Assembly: GCA_002773535.1 (NCBI GenBank) | Contig: PFAZ01000001.1 | Location: 89,273-153,272 of the forward strand | Source of the DNA: Candidatus Harrisonbacteria bacterium CG10_big_fil_rev_8_21_14_0_10_40_38 | GTDB lineage: Bacteria; Patescibacteriota; Minisyncoccia; UBA6257; 1-14-0-10-40-38 | Direction of reading: 5' to 3' | DNA: 64,000 nucleotides | Notes under the pieces: generated by a model | Database searches by the model: none | What the model was told of the DNA's origin: nothing | Seen by the model: the letters and a program-made list of their open reading frames with translations, nothing else | Position numbers and translations under genes: made by a program | In this document: positions 39,980-49,473 of the stretch, one piece after another | Numbering within the stretch: position 1 is the first letter of the stretch | Layout of the letters: every line of letters starts with the position of its first letter

Positions 39980-40015
39980 CCTAACAATTTTTGACGATCA
40001 TCTAAAATTGTTAGG
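39980..40015. promoter_or_regulatory. second copy of the 36-bp palindrome (34/36 identical)
   Basis: CCTAACAATTTTTGACGATCATCTAAAATTGTTAGG, immediately upstream of the DUF218-operon promoter. Confidence 0.7.
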
Positions 40016-40018
40016 TAA

Positions 40019-40050
40019 AGAAAAACGCCTCAGAACAAGTCCGAGGCGTG
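40019..40050 (-). terminator. rho-independent terminator of the 40077-40631 gene
   Basis: gcctcggacttgttctgaggc hairpin plus U-run on minus strand. Confidence 0.6.
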
Positions 40051-40076
40051 AAGGCCATCGCAGAAAAAACCAAAAA

Positions 40077-40631
40077 TCAAGAATTGAGATCAACACACTC
40101 TTCTGGAACAAAATACCAAACATCATCCTCACATGATCCAACCAAGAGTAGTCGCCCGCCATTGATGGTAACTATGAGTCCGGGATCAGTATCGCATTTA
40201 CTTTTATCACCAACCGAGCCATTTTGCACTTGAATGTACAACTCTGGGGGCGCTACCAACGAAAACATACCCTCCGCACCATCATCAGATGAAAAACCCG
40301 CCCTGAAACAAACAATGGGAATAGACAAACTAACACACCCACGATCCCACATATAACGTGCAAGTTCTCGTTCATCCTCTTCAGATTCTTGATTCCCTTC
40401 ATGTTGCTGATTTGAACTATGTATATCATTGAACGCCGCTTCAATCAGAACCGATTTCGAAATCGACTCACAAGGCGTATCCGTAAAAAGATACGGCATT
40501 GCAAGTTTGATTGTTTCCAAAATAACCTGATCAGTTTCGGTCATAAGAAGCAGACCCAATTTTGAATTACGTTCATCTCGCGCAAGACGGGCAATGGCCG
40601 GCCAGTTCTTGTAAAGTTTTTGCCACGACAT
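40077..40631 (-). CDS. hypothetical protein
   Basis: 184 aa, acidic, no motif. Confidence 0.4.
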   Translation of the reverse strand: MSWQKLYKNWPAIARLARDERNSKLGLLLMTETDQVILETIKLAMPYLFTDTPCESISKSVLIEAAFNDIHSSNQQHEGNQESEEDERELARYMWDRGCVSLSIPIVCFRAGFSSDDGAEGMFSLVAPPELYIQVQNGSVGDKSKCDTDPGLIVTINGGRLLLVGSCEDDVWYFVPEECVDLNS

Positions 40632-40867
40632 GTCTCTCTCCTTCGTATTTCTGGTTTTTCAAACAACAAACAACCAAAAAATTATACACAAATAAAAATT
40701 CTTGTAAATCCCTCATCCTTCTCCCAATCTCTCAAAGCATTAAGAAAAGCCCAACCTTTCTCGATAACAAAACATATATTTTAAAACCTCGGGCTGGCAA
40801 CGGGGTCAAATATCTCGATCGGAACGATCTTTTATAAATAGAGGAGGGTTTTAAAATATATGTTTTG

Positions 40868-42955
40868 TTACAAACCTCTCCCTTTGCTTTTCTTAATCAA
40901 AACTCTCATTTCGTCTCTCAAAATCGCAGCTAGCTCAAAGTCCAGTTGCTTCGCCGCCTCCTTCATTTCCAATTCTTTTTCTTTGATTAGTTTTTCGATA
41001 GCAGTTTTTGATTTCGGCATCGGTTTCATTTCAAAACGAAGCACATCTTCCGCCAACTTACCCTTTTCATCATATTCAGGAAGAATATCCTTAACAGCTT
41101 TAATAATTGTTTTCGGCGTAATGCCATGTTTCTTGTTATATTCCATCTGCAATTTTCTCCTTCTATCGGTTTCTCTTACAGCTCTTTCGATTGAACCGGT
41201 TATACGATCAGCATAAATCACCACTTCACCGGCAACGTTTCTTGCCGCGCGCCCAATAGTTTGAATGAGCGATGTTTCACTCCTCAAAAATCCTTCTTTG
41301 TCAGCATCTAAAATCGCCACCAGTGAAACTTCTGGCAAGTCTAATCCCTCACGAAGCAGGTTTACACCAACAAGCACATCAAAATCCCCTCTTCTAAGCG
41401 CGGTTAATATTCTTATCCTATCGAGTGTTTTCACGTCACTATGTAAATAAGCAACCTTCGGCTTCAAGTTTTTAGTTTTTAGTTTTAAGTTCGCAAGATA
41501 TTCCGAAAGATCTTCAGCCATCTTTTTTGTAAGCGTCGTAACTAAAACTCTTTCTTTTTTTCCAACCCTCTCTACGATCCTTTCGATCAAGTCATCTATC
41601 TGACCCAAAACCGGCCTCATGGTAATTTTTGGATCAACGAGCCCGGTCGGCCTGATAATCTGCTCAACAACCTGACCCGTTCGCGTGTTGCTTGTCACTT
41701 GCCGCTCGTAAGGTCCCGGTGTAGCCGATGTATACACAATATTCGAAACTCTCTTTAAAAACTCATCAAATTTCAAAGGCCTGTTATCCGCCGCAGAAGG
41801 CAGTCGAAACCCATATTCTATTAAAGTCTTTTTACGAGAAGCATCGCCTGCGTGCATTCCCTGGATCTGCGGCACAGTTACGTGAGATTCATCAATAACA
41901 GTCAAAAAGTCGGGTTTTCCGTCCTTTGTTTTTGGAAAATAATCCAAAAGCGTATCTGGCGGCGCTCCGGCAGCTCTCCCTGAAAGGTGACGCGAATAGT
42001 TTTCAATTCCATTACAATAACCAATCTCGTTTATCATCGCGATATCAGCCTTAGTTCTTCTTTCAAGTCTTTCTGCTTCAAGATATTTTTTTTCTTTCTC
42101 AAATTTTACGAGCTGCGCTGAAAGCTCCTTTCGTATAGCAGCAACAGCTCTTTGCCTATCATCTTTTTGAGTAATAAAATGCTTTGCGGGAGAAATTATG
42201 AGTTCTGGTATTAATGGAGTTTTACCGGGTTGAAAACCAGCAACAGGATCAACCTCAAAAATTTTCTCAATTACGCCATCGTGAGTTTTCACAAAATAAA
42301 TCAACTCTCTGTCAGGAGGCATTATTTCCCATTGATCACCCCTAAGACGAAAACTTCCACGTTTTAAGTCGGCAGATGTCCTCGTAAAATGAAGCTCGAT
42401 AAGTTTGCGGGCAAAAGACGCTCTATCAATCTTATCGCCCTCTTTAAAATGAAAAATGTTTTGCGCATAAACTTCCGGCGCGCCAAGTCCGTATATGCAC
42501 GAAACCGAAGCGACAACTATCACATCACGTCGCGTGAGAAGCGCAGTCGTAGCCGCATGTCGCAATTTATCAATCTCATCGTTTATCATCGCCTCTTTTG
42601 CGATATATGTGTCCGACATCGGCATGTATGCCTCCGGCTGATAGTAGTCGTAGTATGAAACAAAATAATGAACCGCGTTATTCGGAAACAATTCCCGAAA
42701 CTCATTGGCAAGCTGTGCCGCCAAAGTTTTATTGTGAGCGATTACAAGAGCCGGTTTATTTATTTCCGCTATCACGTGCGCCGCAGTGAAAGTTTTTCCG
42801 CTTCCGGTAACACCAAGAAGGATCTGATTTCGCAGATTTTTTTTGATACCAGAAACCAAAGCGGATATCGCTTTAGGCTGATCCCCAGCCGGTTTGTTTT
42901 TTGATTCAACACGAAACATAAGGAGAAGAATACTGATATTACTGAATAATATCAA
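40868..42955 (-). CDS. uvrB: excinuclease ABC subunit B
   Basis: Walker A GVTGSGKTF, helicase motifs, beta-hairpin region, C-terminal UVR domain; contains NLKLKTKNLKPK heptad-repeat insertion. Confidence 0.9.
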   Translation of the reverse strand: MILFSNISILLLMFRVESKNKPAGDQPKAISALVSGIKKNLRNQILLGVTGSGKTFTAAHVIAEINKPALVIAHNKTLAAQLANEFRELFPNNAVHYFVSYYDYYQPEAYMPMSDTYIAKEAMINDEIDKLRHAATTALLTRRDVIVVASVSCIYGLGAPEVYAQNIFHFKEGDKIDRASFARKLIELHFTRTSADLKRGSFRLRGDQWEIMPPDRELIYFVKTHDGVIEKIFEVDPVAGFQPGKTPLIPELIISPAKHFITQKDDRQRAVAAIRKELSAQLVKFEKEKKYLEAERLERRTKADIAMINEIGYCNGIENYSRHLSGRAAGAPPDTLLDYFPKTKDGKPDFLTVIDESHVTVPQIQGMHAGDASRKKTLIEYGFRLPSAADNRPLKFDEFLKRVSNIVYTSATPGPYERQVTSNTRTGQVVEQIIRPTGLVDPKITMRPVLGQIDDLIERIVERVGKKERVLVTTLTKKMAEDLSEYLANLKLKTKNLKPKVAYLHSDVKTLDRIRILTALRRGDFDVLVGVNLLREGLDLPEVSLVAILDADKEGFLRSETSLIQTIGRAARNVAGEVVIYADRITGSIERAVRETDRRRKLQMEYNKKHGITPKTIIKAVKDILPEYDEKGKLAEDVLRFEMKPMPKSKTAIEKLIKEKELEMKEAAKQLDFELAAILRDEMRVLIKKSKGRGL

Positions 42956-43160
42956 AAACCTTTTCCCTGCTTGTAAAACCAGATACTAGCTGAACAGATG
43001 ATTTAGAAACACCAAAAAAATCAGCAAGCGCGGCAGCTATTGCCCTATTCGCCATTCCCTGACGCGGAGGTTCTGATACATAAACAGAAAAATGCGTGTC
43101 GTCATTTTTAACCACACGCTCATTTTTTGAATTCGGAGTTGCTCTTACAAATATTCTCAT
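42939..43160 (-). CDS. DUF167 (YggU-like) protein
   Basis: 73-aa sequence with ...A.PRQG.AN.A......FGV pattern of UPF0235. Confidence 0.55.
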   Translation of the reverse strand: MRIFVRATPNSKNERVVKNDDTHFSVYVSEPPRQGMANRAIAAALADFFGVSKSSVQLVSGFTSREKVFDIIQ

Positions 43161-43588
43161 CAGCGTATACCCGTATCACACTCTAAAACCAAATCGTCTA
43201 TAGGAGAGGCTTCTTCGACCAATATTTCTTTTGGTCTACAAAGAGGAAGTACAGCCCCACCAGCAGGTGTAAAGACATATCTACCAGGTTCAAGCTTTAT
43301 AGAAAACCTCCCACGGTAATCAGAAAATATTTCTTGTGAAAAATTATAACAGCTATCATCCCTGACACACGAAATGCTTCCAGTAACCAAGATAGATGTC
43401 TCATACGCCTCATCAGCACAATTTGTCTCGTCGCCCGCTCTTTGAACTGGGCACGATGGTCCTAAAACAATCTCACCCGAAACAGAAATCAGAGAGGAGG
43501 TTGGCGCGACAGTTTGCTTTGGAAAAAAGAAATACAAAAGAAATCCGCAAACAACAACTAAAAATAAAATTATAAAAAACTTATTCAT
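43160..43588 (-). CDS. secreted hypothetical protein
   Basis: N-terminal TM/signal; Cys-containing. Confidence 0.4.
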   Translation of the reverse strand: MNKFFIILFLVVVCGFLLYFFFPKQTVAPTSSLISVSGEIVLGPSCPVQRAGDETNCADEAYETSILVTGSISCVRDDSCYNFSQEIFSDYRGRFSIKLEPGRYVFTPAGGAVLPLCRPKEILVEEASPIDDLVLECDTGIR

Positions 43589-44004
43589 AAATCACTCTTT
43601 TTAGAAGAAGGATCAAATGAAAGACAAACGGAATTTATGCAATATCTTTTCCCTGTTTTAGTCGGACCATCGTCAAAAAGATGCCCCAAATGACTTCCGC
43701 AGTTCTTACAAATAACTTCCGTTCTATGCATCCCGTGACTATTATCTTCCCGAAGCTCAACATGTTCGAGATTTGCCGGTTCATCAAAGCTCGGCCAACC
43801 GGTTCCAGAATCAAATTTTGCACCAGATGAAAAAAGCTCCGCTCCGCATGCAGCACACTTATACATTCCAGTTTCATGCACGTTCCAAAATGCACCAGAA
43901 AAAGGACGTTCGGTTCCTTGTTTGCGCATCACTTCATACTGATCAGGTGATAATTTCTTTTTCCACCCTTCTTCGGTTTTAGGAAGTTTTTCCTTTTCTT
44001 CCAT
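43585..44004 (-). CDS. msrB: peptide-methionine (R)-S-oxide reductase
   Basis: Two CxxC zinc pairs (CAACGAE, CKNCGSH) and GWPSF / RTEVxC catalytic motif; start at MEEKEK (the tracked ORF extends to 44154). Confidence 0.8.
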   Translation of the reverse strand: MEEKEKLPKTEEGWKKKLSPDQYEVMRKQGTERPFSGAFWNVHETGMYKCAACGAELFSSGAKFDSGTGWPSFDEPANLEHVELREDNSHGMHRTEVICKNCGSHLGHLFDDGPTKTGKRYCINSVCLSFDPSSKKSDL

Positions 44005-44006
44005 AA

Positions 44007-44210
44007 TTACTTTTTTGGTCGATTTGCCACCATAAAAATGTAAATAATTTCCAGGACACCCAAAGTATTCACAAGAAGAAGAGCCACAAACCATGCGAGA
44101 TCTTTTCTTCTTCCTGCTTTCCATAAAGCGACACCCTTCCACGGCAAAGTCCACACAACCAAAGCTGCTATTAGAAACGGATGAGACGCCAAATATTGCC
44201 CAATAAGCAT
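44007..44210 (-). CDS. small membrane protein
   Basis: 67 aa, two TM helices. Confidence 0.4.
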   Translation of the reverse strand: MLIGQYLASHPFLIAALVVWTLPWKGVALWKAGRRKDLAWFVALLLVNTLGVLEIIYIFMVANRPKK

Positions 44211-44254
44211 ATCCTTATTATGGCACTAAACCATGAAATTAACAATAAGAAAAA

Positions 44255-46435
44255 TTACGGACTCCAAGCACAATCATAAGTAGTATATGTATCATCTTCA
44301 GGGGTCGCAGTATTATTGTCGCACTTAAACGTACATGTATCATTTTGCGTACATACAAGTTCATCATCTGCTCCACATCCATCAACAATCTTGCAGTCAG
44401 CAGTAATCGCAGCAAGGCATTTACAAGGCTTTGGAGTTGGAGAAGAATCGGGTCGTCGCCACCCCTCTATGTCATCATCAGGTCCAACCGGTGGAAGATC
44501 CCCATCGAGATCAATCGCCCAAGAACAACCGGGGATATTAACATCTGGTTGATGACCCCTAGTCTCACTCACGCACGCATCATATCCATCACCAAATCTT
44601 TTCCAACTATCTGGCACGGAAAAATCGCATACCTCATGTTCTCTCGTGCTTCCGGTTTTTAAATCAATCTGCTTATTACCACAGTTGCTGGTTGAGAAAC
44701 AGAAATTATCAAACCTCGCATCACCGCTAAAATTCGCATTATAGTAACAATGATTTACAGAATCGGAATGCGGATATTCATATGCGAACCCGCAAGTACT
44801 TCCCACGGGTGGAGGATCATCACGATAAACAACATCTACGCATCCGTTTGCCGGATCATGATTATCGAGACAAGAAAGATACGTCCCGCCCTCCTCACTA
44901 AACTTATTTTGAAAACTCCCTCCGGATAAAGGTATGTCATTAAAACCTTGCCAGAAAAAAAGTTCACACTTCTCATCCAGCCTTACAGGATATTTCGTAA
45001 CATCTCTTTCAAGTTGAGCATCACCACACCTGTCTCCAGGGTTCGATCCACCTTCTGGTGGGCTTACAAAAAAGCCAGGTAAACCCAAAAATTGAGGGAA
45101 ATCCCAAGCAGCATAAGCTTTTAATCTACACGCTTGTTCTCTTACAAGCGTAGGAAAAGGCGAGGGATAAAGTGGATAACTCGGATAAAGCATGTTATTT
45201 ACATCAAGTCCGTGAGTATATAGAGAAAAATCTTTCCAATGCTGCAGACCTAAGCCATGAGATATTTCATGAGCTAAAATCGTGCTTCTTCCTATCAGAT
45301 ATTGATCCTCATCATCAATATAGCCACCTTCGGGTGGATAAAAAACAAAATTATGAACACCTGAATTTTCATCAACCAAGCGCGCGCTATCATATTCCAA
45401 GGCATCAAAAGAAATTATGCCAACATTTTTAAGCGGAAAATAATATCCATAAATCGAAAAATCTCCACGAGAATTAAGAATGTCATCAACAACAAAAAAT
45501 GGCACTGATGGATAAAGGTCAAAACCAGATCTAATCAACGAAGCATCCGGTATAAACGGCTGAGTAACTCCGACTCCATGATATCTACTCGAGTCATTAG
45601 CATACATTACTGGTCCAAAGCCGGTATCAAACGACTGTATTGGTGGTATAGGCCCCATGTCCACTAGTCGTATATTTGTAATCTCAACATCAATTGGCCT
45701 TTGGTTAAATCCATACGGCTCAAGAGACCTCCTAAAAATTTCGGTCACACGTTCAACAACACTCTGCATTTTCGAAACTTTTTCTCGAAACGTATACTCT
45801 CCCAAATCAGGTGTTCCATAGTACGGAAACAAAAGTGAAATAGGTATAGTGATTCTAGTTCGTGAGTCGGAAGTAAGATCAAATTCTTTCTCAGAAAAAC
45901 CATTCATTTTCGACACGTCCTTAACGAGCGAAAACAAATCTCGCGGTTCCGTGTACACAAACCGCTCAGGATATTGAGAAGGATCTTTTTCGCCAGTAGC
46001 GGTAAAATTTGTAGAAGCCCTGCAATACCCACTCGATGTCTGAAGAGTCGTAGAAATTGTGTGTTTCCCTATCGGCCAACCGATATTCGACAATTTTGAA
46101 AAATTAACAGACGAGAAAAGATCATCTACCAGCTCTTCAAACGGATAGAATGTCCCATCAATAGAAATATTTACTATTTTTGAGATAAGTGGGTTTGATC
46201 CAGATCGAGAAATTGCCGAAACAGAAAACTCGCCAACAACATCTGTGTCTTGATTAATTTCCGCGCCAGAATGTGGCGAAGAAAATATGCATTTTACAGG
46301 AGGTGATATTTGAGCAAGTAATGTCAAAGAATCAGGTGCATTAAATCCAAAACCGTTAAAAAAAACAAAAACACTGGACAACAAAAACAAAATCCCTACA
46401 AAAACATATCCGACGCCAAGTGCCCGATTTCTCAT
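44255..46435 (-). CDS. secreted metzincin-type zinc metalloprotease with Cys/Asp-rich C-terminal region
   Basis: Signal/TM N-terminus; HEISHGLGLQH (HExxHxxGxxH); C-terminal ~200 aa rich in C and D. Confidence 0.55.
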   Translation of the reverse strand: MRNRALGVGYVFVGILFLLSSVFVFFNGFGFNAPDSLTLLAQISPPVKCIFSSPHSGAEINQDTDVVGEFSVSAISRSGSNPLISKIVNISIDGTFYPFEELVDDLFSSVNFSKLSNIGWPIGKHTISTTLQTSSGYCRASTNFTATGEKDPSQYPERFVYTEPRDLFSLVKDVSKMNGFSEKEFDLTSDSRTRITIPISLLFPYYGTPDLGEYTFREKVSKMQSVVERVTEIFRRSLEPYGFNQRPIDVEITNIRLVDMGPIPPIQSFDTGFGPVMYANDSSRYHGVGVTQPFIPDASLIRSGFDLYPSVPFFVVDDILNSRGDFSIYGYYFPLKNVGIISFDALEYDSARLVDENSGVHNFVFYPPEGGYIDDEDQYLIGRSTILAHEISHGLGLQHWKDFSLYTHGLDVNNMLYPSYPLYPSPFPTLVREQACRLKAYAAWDFPQFLGLPGFFVSPPEGGSNPGDRCGDAQLERDVTKYPVRLDEKCELFFWQGFNDIPLSGGSFQNKFSEEGGTYLSCLDNHDPANGCVDVVYRDDPPPVGSTCGFAYEYPHSDSVNHCYYNANFSGDARFDNFCFSTSNCGNKQIDLKTGSTREHEVCDFSVPDSWKRFGDGYDACVSETRGHQPDVNIPGCSWAIDLDGDLPPVGPDDDIEGWRRPDSSPTPKPCKCLAAITADCKIVDGCGADDELVCTQNDTCTFKCDNNTATPEDDTYTTYDCAWSP

Positions 46436-46503
46436 ATAAAAATTATAGCAAAAAGAGCACTACCCAAACTGTGGAATAGTGCCCTTTTTGTAAAACAAAT
46501 GTC

Positions 46504-46740
46504 TTAATGAGGCATTGGAGAGCCCATTCCGGAGCCCTGCCCCTTCCCGCACATCTTGCAGTCTTTCTTATGAGTAAAGAGCATTACAAGCGCAGAAAGA
46601 CCAACTAAGATATAAATGATTGTAGCAACTGTTGAACCAAGAATTGATGCGAGATCCCAACTGCTAAACAAACCAACTAGAAGCCAATTTAACCCTCCAA
46701 TTACAAGAAGGATAAAGGCTACCATGTGAAGACCTTTCAT
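46504..46740 (-). CDS. DUF378 membrane protein
   Basis: GGLNWLLVGLF...DLV motif; start at MKGLHM (the tracked ORF extends to 46869). Confidence 0.5.
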   Translation of the reverse strand: MKGLHMVAFILLVIGGLNWLLVGLFSSWDLASILGSTVATIIYILVGLSALVMLFTHKKDCKMCGKGQGSGMGSPMPH

Positions 46741-46851
46741 AGATGATAAAATGAAAAAGTTAACTATATCGACCTTGATGGTTTTATCTATTAATTGTAA
46801 ACCACAGCGCGAATCGTTACAAAGAATTATCCACAGTGATATAATAAAATC

Positions 46852-47256
46852 ATGACAAGTCTCTGGCACGTAAAAGTGGGCATACTTCTCTTAAAGATAG
46901 GTATCGCATCGGTATTTTTTTATGCGGGCATCGCTTCCTTCCTAGATCCTCTTTCATGGGTTGGATACTTCCCTCACTGGCTTCGCGATCTTTTTCCAGA
47001 AGCTCTTTTGTCTACTGGCTTTTCAATTTTTGAGATCGCGCTTGCGCTTTGGGTTTTATCAACTTGGAAAACAAAATACGCCGCTTTAGTTTCAACTTTT
47101 ACTCTAGTTGGAATCATAATCGCTAACATGAATCTTATCGATATCCTATTCAGAGACTTGGCAATCCTCTTTAGCTCGCTCGCGCTCTTTATGCTCTCAC
47201 CAACCCAAAAAACGATAAGCCATGAACACGCAGGAGAAAAAGTCAGCGAAGCCTAA
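46852..47256 (+). CDS. DoxX-family membrane protein
   Basis: Four TM helices, DoxX-like. Confidence 0.5.
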   Translation: MTSLWHVKVGILLLKIGIASVFFYAGIASFLDPLSWVGYFPHWLRDLFPEALLSTGFSIFEIALALWVLSTWKTKYAALVSTFTLVGIIIANMNLIDILFRDLAILFSSLALFMLSPTQKTISHEHAGEKVSEA

Positions 47257-47286
47257 AGGTCGCACAAAAAATCTTTTAAAATAAAT

Positions 47287-47751
47287 ATGTCTACACGCTT
47301 TTGGACACTCTTCGGAATCATAATAGTTGCAGTTGTTGCAATTATCGCGTTAAGCGGAAACACCACGCCAAAAAATAACGAATCAATGGAAGAGATTTTA
47401 AATAATACCGTTCTGGTAAATCTCGCAACGCAAAATAATTCAGGTGAAACTGGTACGGCAGCAATTGTTGAAGAAAATGGAAAAATCAAAGTACTGGTGA
47501 ATATTTCAGGATCACCGGAGAATGACCAACCGATGCACATACACGAAGGCACATGTGAAAGTTTAGGACCAATTAAATGGGAATTAAACCCGATAAAAAA
47601 TGACGCATCGGAAACCATGCTCCCTATTTCAAAAGAAGAAATAAAAACTAATCTGCCACTCGCCATAAACGTTCACAAATCACAATCTGAACTCAAAGAA
47701 TATGTAGCATGCGGAAACATATCATCTGATATGTTCATGATGGAAAACTAA
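47287..47751 (+). CDS. anchored protein with Cu/Zn-superoxide-dismutase-like or CHRD-like domain (uncertain)
   Basis: HIHEGTC and VHKSQSELKEYVACGNI resemble SodC copper-site and C-terminal motifs. Confidence 0.35.
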   Translation: MSTRFWTLFGIIIVAVVAIIALSGNTTPKNNESMEEILNNTVLVNLATQNNSGETGTAAIVEENGKIKVLVNISGSPENDQPMHIHEGTCESLGPIKWELNPIKNDASETMLPISKEEIKTNLPLAINVHKSQSELKEYVACGNISSDMFMMEN

Positions 47752-47818
47752 TTTTTTTAAAAAAGAAAAAAGGCGGTACCAAAAACTTGGTACCGCCTTG
47801 CCATTTGGCAAAAAAGAA

Positions 47819-49285
47819 CTAAAACGCTACAGGCCAGACCACCCTCGCATCACCCTGCTTATCAATGATGAAAAGGCTATCCACTCCGCTACCGACACGC
47901 TGTTCGGGAAATTCTACCCTGCCGTCTTCATTTGTCACACCATCGACAACAAAAATCTCCTCTTGAGCCCCAGGACGTACGACATACATCCGAAGCTGGA
48001 GGTTTTCGATCGACGGATGCGACTGCACAGCGACGGAATAAAACGAGTCTTTTTGATCGATTTCCAGTTCAAGCCCGTCGATCCCCGAAGCAGGAATTCC
48101 AAATATCGGCAGATATCCTCGAATATATGCGTTTTCGATGTCACCGCCGACAAAATCTCTCACCGCGCGAACTCCCTGCGCTATTCCATATCCATCACTG
48201 GAAAAAGATCCGTACAACTCACCACTCCTATCGGAGAGCAAAAAGTGGTTACATGTCTTATCCTTCAGACTCGACACGAAATCACGCATTTCATCCCACA
48301 CAGTCCAAAATTCCTGCGAACCTTTTGTAGCCTGACCGATAGGCAGAGACAATGAAAGCACTTCGCTTGCCCATGCGAGAGAAAGCGCGCTCATCATATA
48401 TCCGCCAATCCAGGCAGAATTAAGTACACCACCGGGCGTGTCCCGCACGTATTCACGAACAGTGTCCATCATAAACATCGTCGCGCTGTACACAACGAAA
48501 TAAGAATCAATGACATATTCCTGAAAAGGGTTGTGGCCCAAATTGGAATAAAATGCATCAAGTCCTTCAATTGTAGGCGGGTCTCTGCCCAGTACCAATG
48601 CTAATGAATCGTTCATTGCAAGAAACGCACGATCCACTTGAGTGAGATTGAAACTCCAAAAACTTGGAGACCAACCATTGTACCTCCCAAACCGAGTCGG
48701 TGAACCAGACATCGCCGCAATGATCACACCATCCAAGTACTGAGCTATCTGAACACCCTCAGCCAATCGGACAAGAGTGTTTTCCGAATGGAGATCGCGA
48801 TCAGTCGCGATTTCCAACTGGCTCGTATCCGAAAGTGCTTCGAGTGCTGCAAGCTGCAAACCGGTCACTGCGGCAAACGACGGAAATCCATCCCCCCACT
48901 CATTGATCGTTTCGCCTTCAGTTATACGAAGCGTCATCCGTTCAGAAAGACTTTCTCTGTCACCGTCATGTCGAACAACTCTAAGAAAAGCATCTCCAGG
49001 AAGAAACCCGTAGTCCAGAGTCAATCTACCCAAAGGTGCGATTGCCTCCAGTCGATCACGCCGGGAGTCCACTCTCGTGGGCACCCGCACCGAGATGTCG
49101 CCGAAGTCGTACTCAACTTCGTATTCTCGGTTCGGATCGAGGTTCTCAACCTTGATCTGAATCAGAGAGAAAGGCCCTGCCTCTCCTGTAATGAGTTGTG
49201 ACTTCAGAGTAGCTTCAGGAGAGCTTGATCTCCCGCTCTTGCATCCAGAAGTCAAAACAACCAAAAATATCAAGAAAAATCTCAC
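47819..49285 (-). CDS. lipoprotein, hypothetical, GC-rich
   Basis: Lipobox LTSGC; GC visibly ~50% against a ~38% background; terminator after stop at 47772-47800. Confidence 0.5.
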   Translation of the reverse strand: MRFFLIFLVVLTSGCKSGRSSSPEATLKSQLITGEAGPFSLIQIKVENLDPNREYEVEYDFGDISVRVPTRVDSRRDRLEAIAPLGRLTLDYGFLPGDAFLRVVRHDGDRESLSERMTLRITEGETINEWGDGFPSFAAVTGLQLAALEALSDTSQLEIATDRDLHSENTLVRLAEGVQIAQYLDGVIIAAMSGSPTRFGRYNGWSPSFWSFNLTQVDRAFLAMNDSLALVLGRDPPTIEGLDAFYSNLGHNPFQEYVIDSYFVVYSATMFMMDTVREYVRDTPGGVLNSAWIGGYMMSALSLAWASEVLSLSLPIGQATKGSQEFWTVWDEMRDFVSSLKDKTCNHFLLSDRSGELYGSFSSDGYGIAQGVRAVRDFVGGDIENAYIRGYLPIFGIPASGIDGLELEIDQKDSFYSVAVQSHPSIENLQLRMYVVRPGAQEEIFVVDGVTNEDGRVEFPEQRVGSGVDSLFIIDKQGDARVVWPVAF

Positions 49286-49398
49286 CTCTCACCTCCTCGT
49301 ATTTTGCGAAGCATTCGCTTTGTTAACGACCAAACTGGTATATATAATACATTATTTTATATGGATTTGTCAATATTAGAAAAAACAACCGCATTTGA

Positions 49399-49427
49399 CA
49401 AGAATCTCAATATCTATTACTATATAC
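49399..49427 (+). promoter_or_regulatory. sigma70-type promoter (TTGACA-N17-TACTAT)
   Basis: Motif and spacing upstream of the surface-protein gene. Confidence 0.5.
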
Positions 49428-49473
49428 AAGCTAACAAAAACCCCAAAAAAAGGTTATATATTAATGAAAAGAC

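Noticed and set aside
41461-41495. Heptad array inside uvrB initially considered a sequencing artefact or intergenic contamination
   Set aside because: It is in frame, a multiple of 21 nt, and a parallel case exists in gltX; treated as a genuine in-frame repeat insertion.
47798-49201. Several plus-strand ORFs (47798-48355, 47932-48330, 48788-49201) inside the GC-rich lipoprotein gene
   Set aside because: Open frames are expected by chance in GC-rich sequence; all are antisense to a 488-aa ORF with a lipobox signal.
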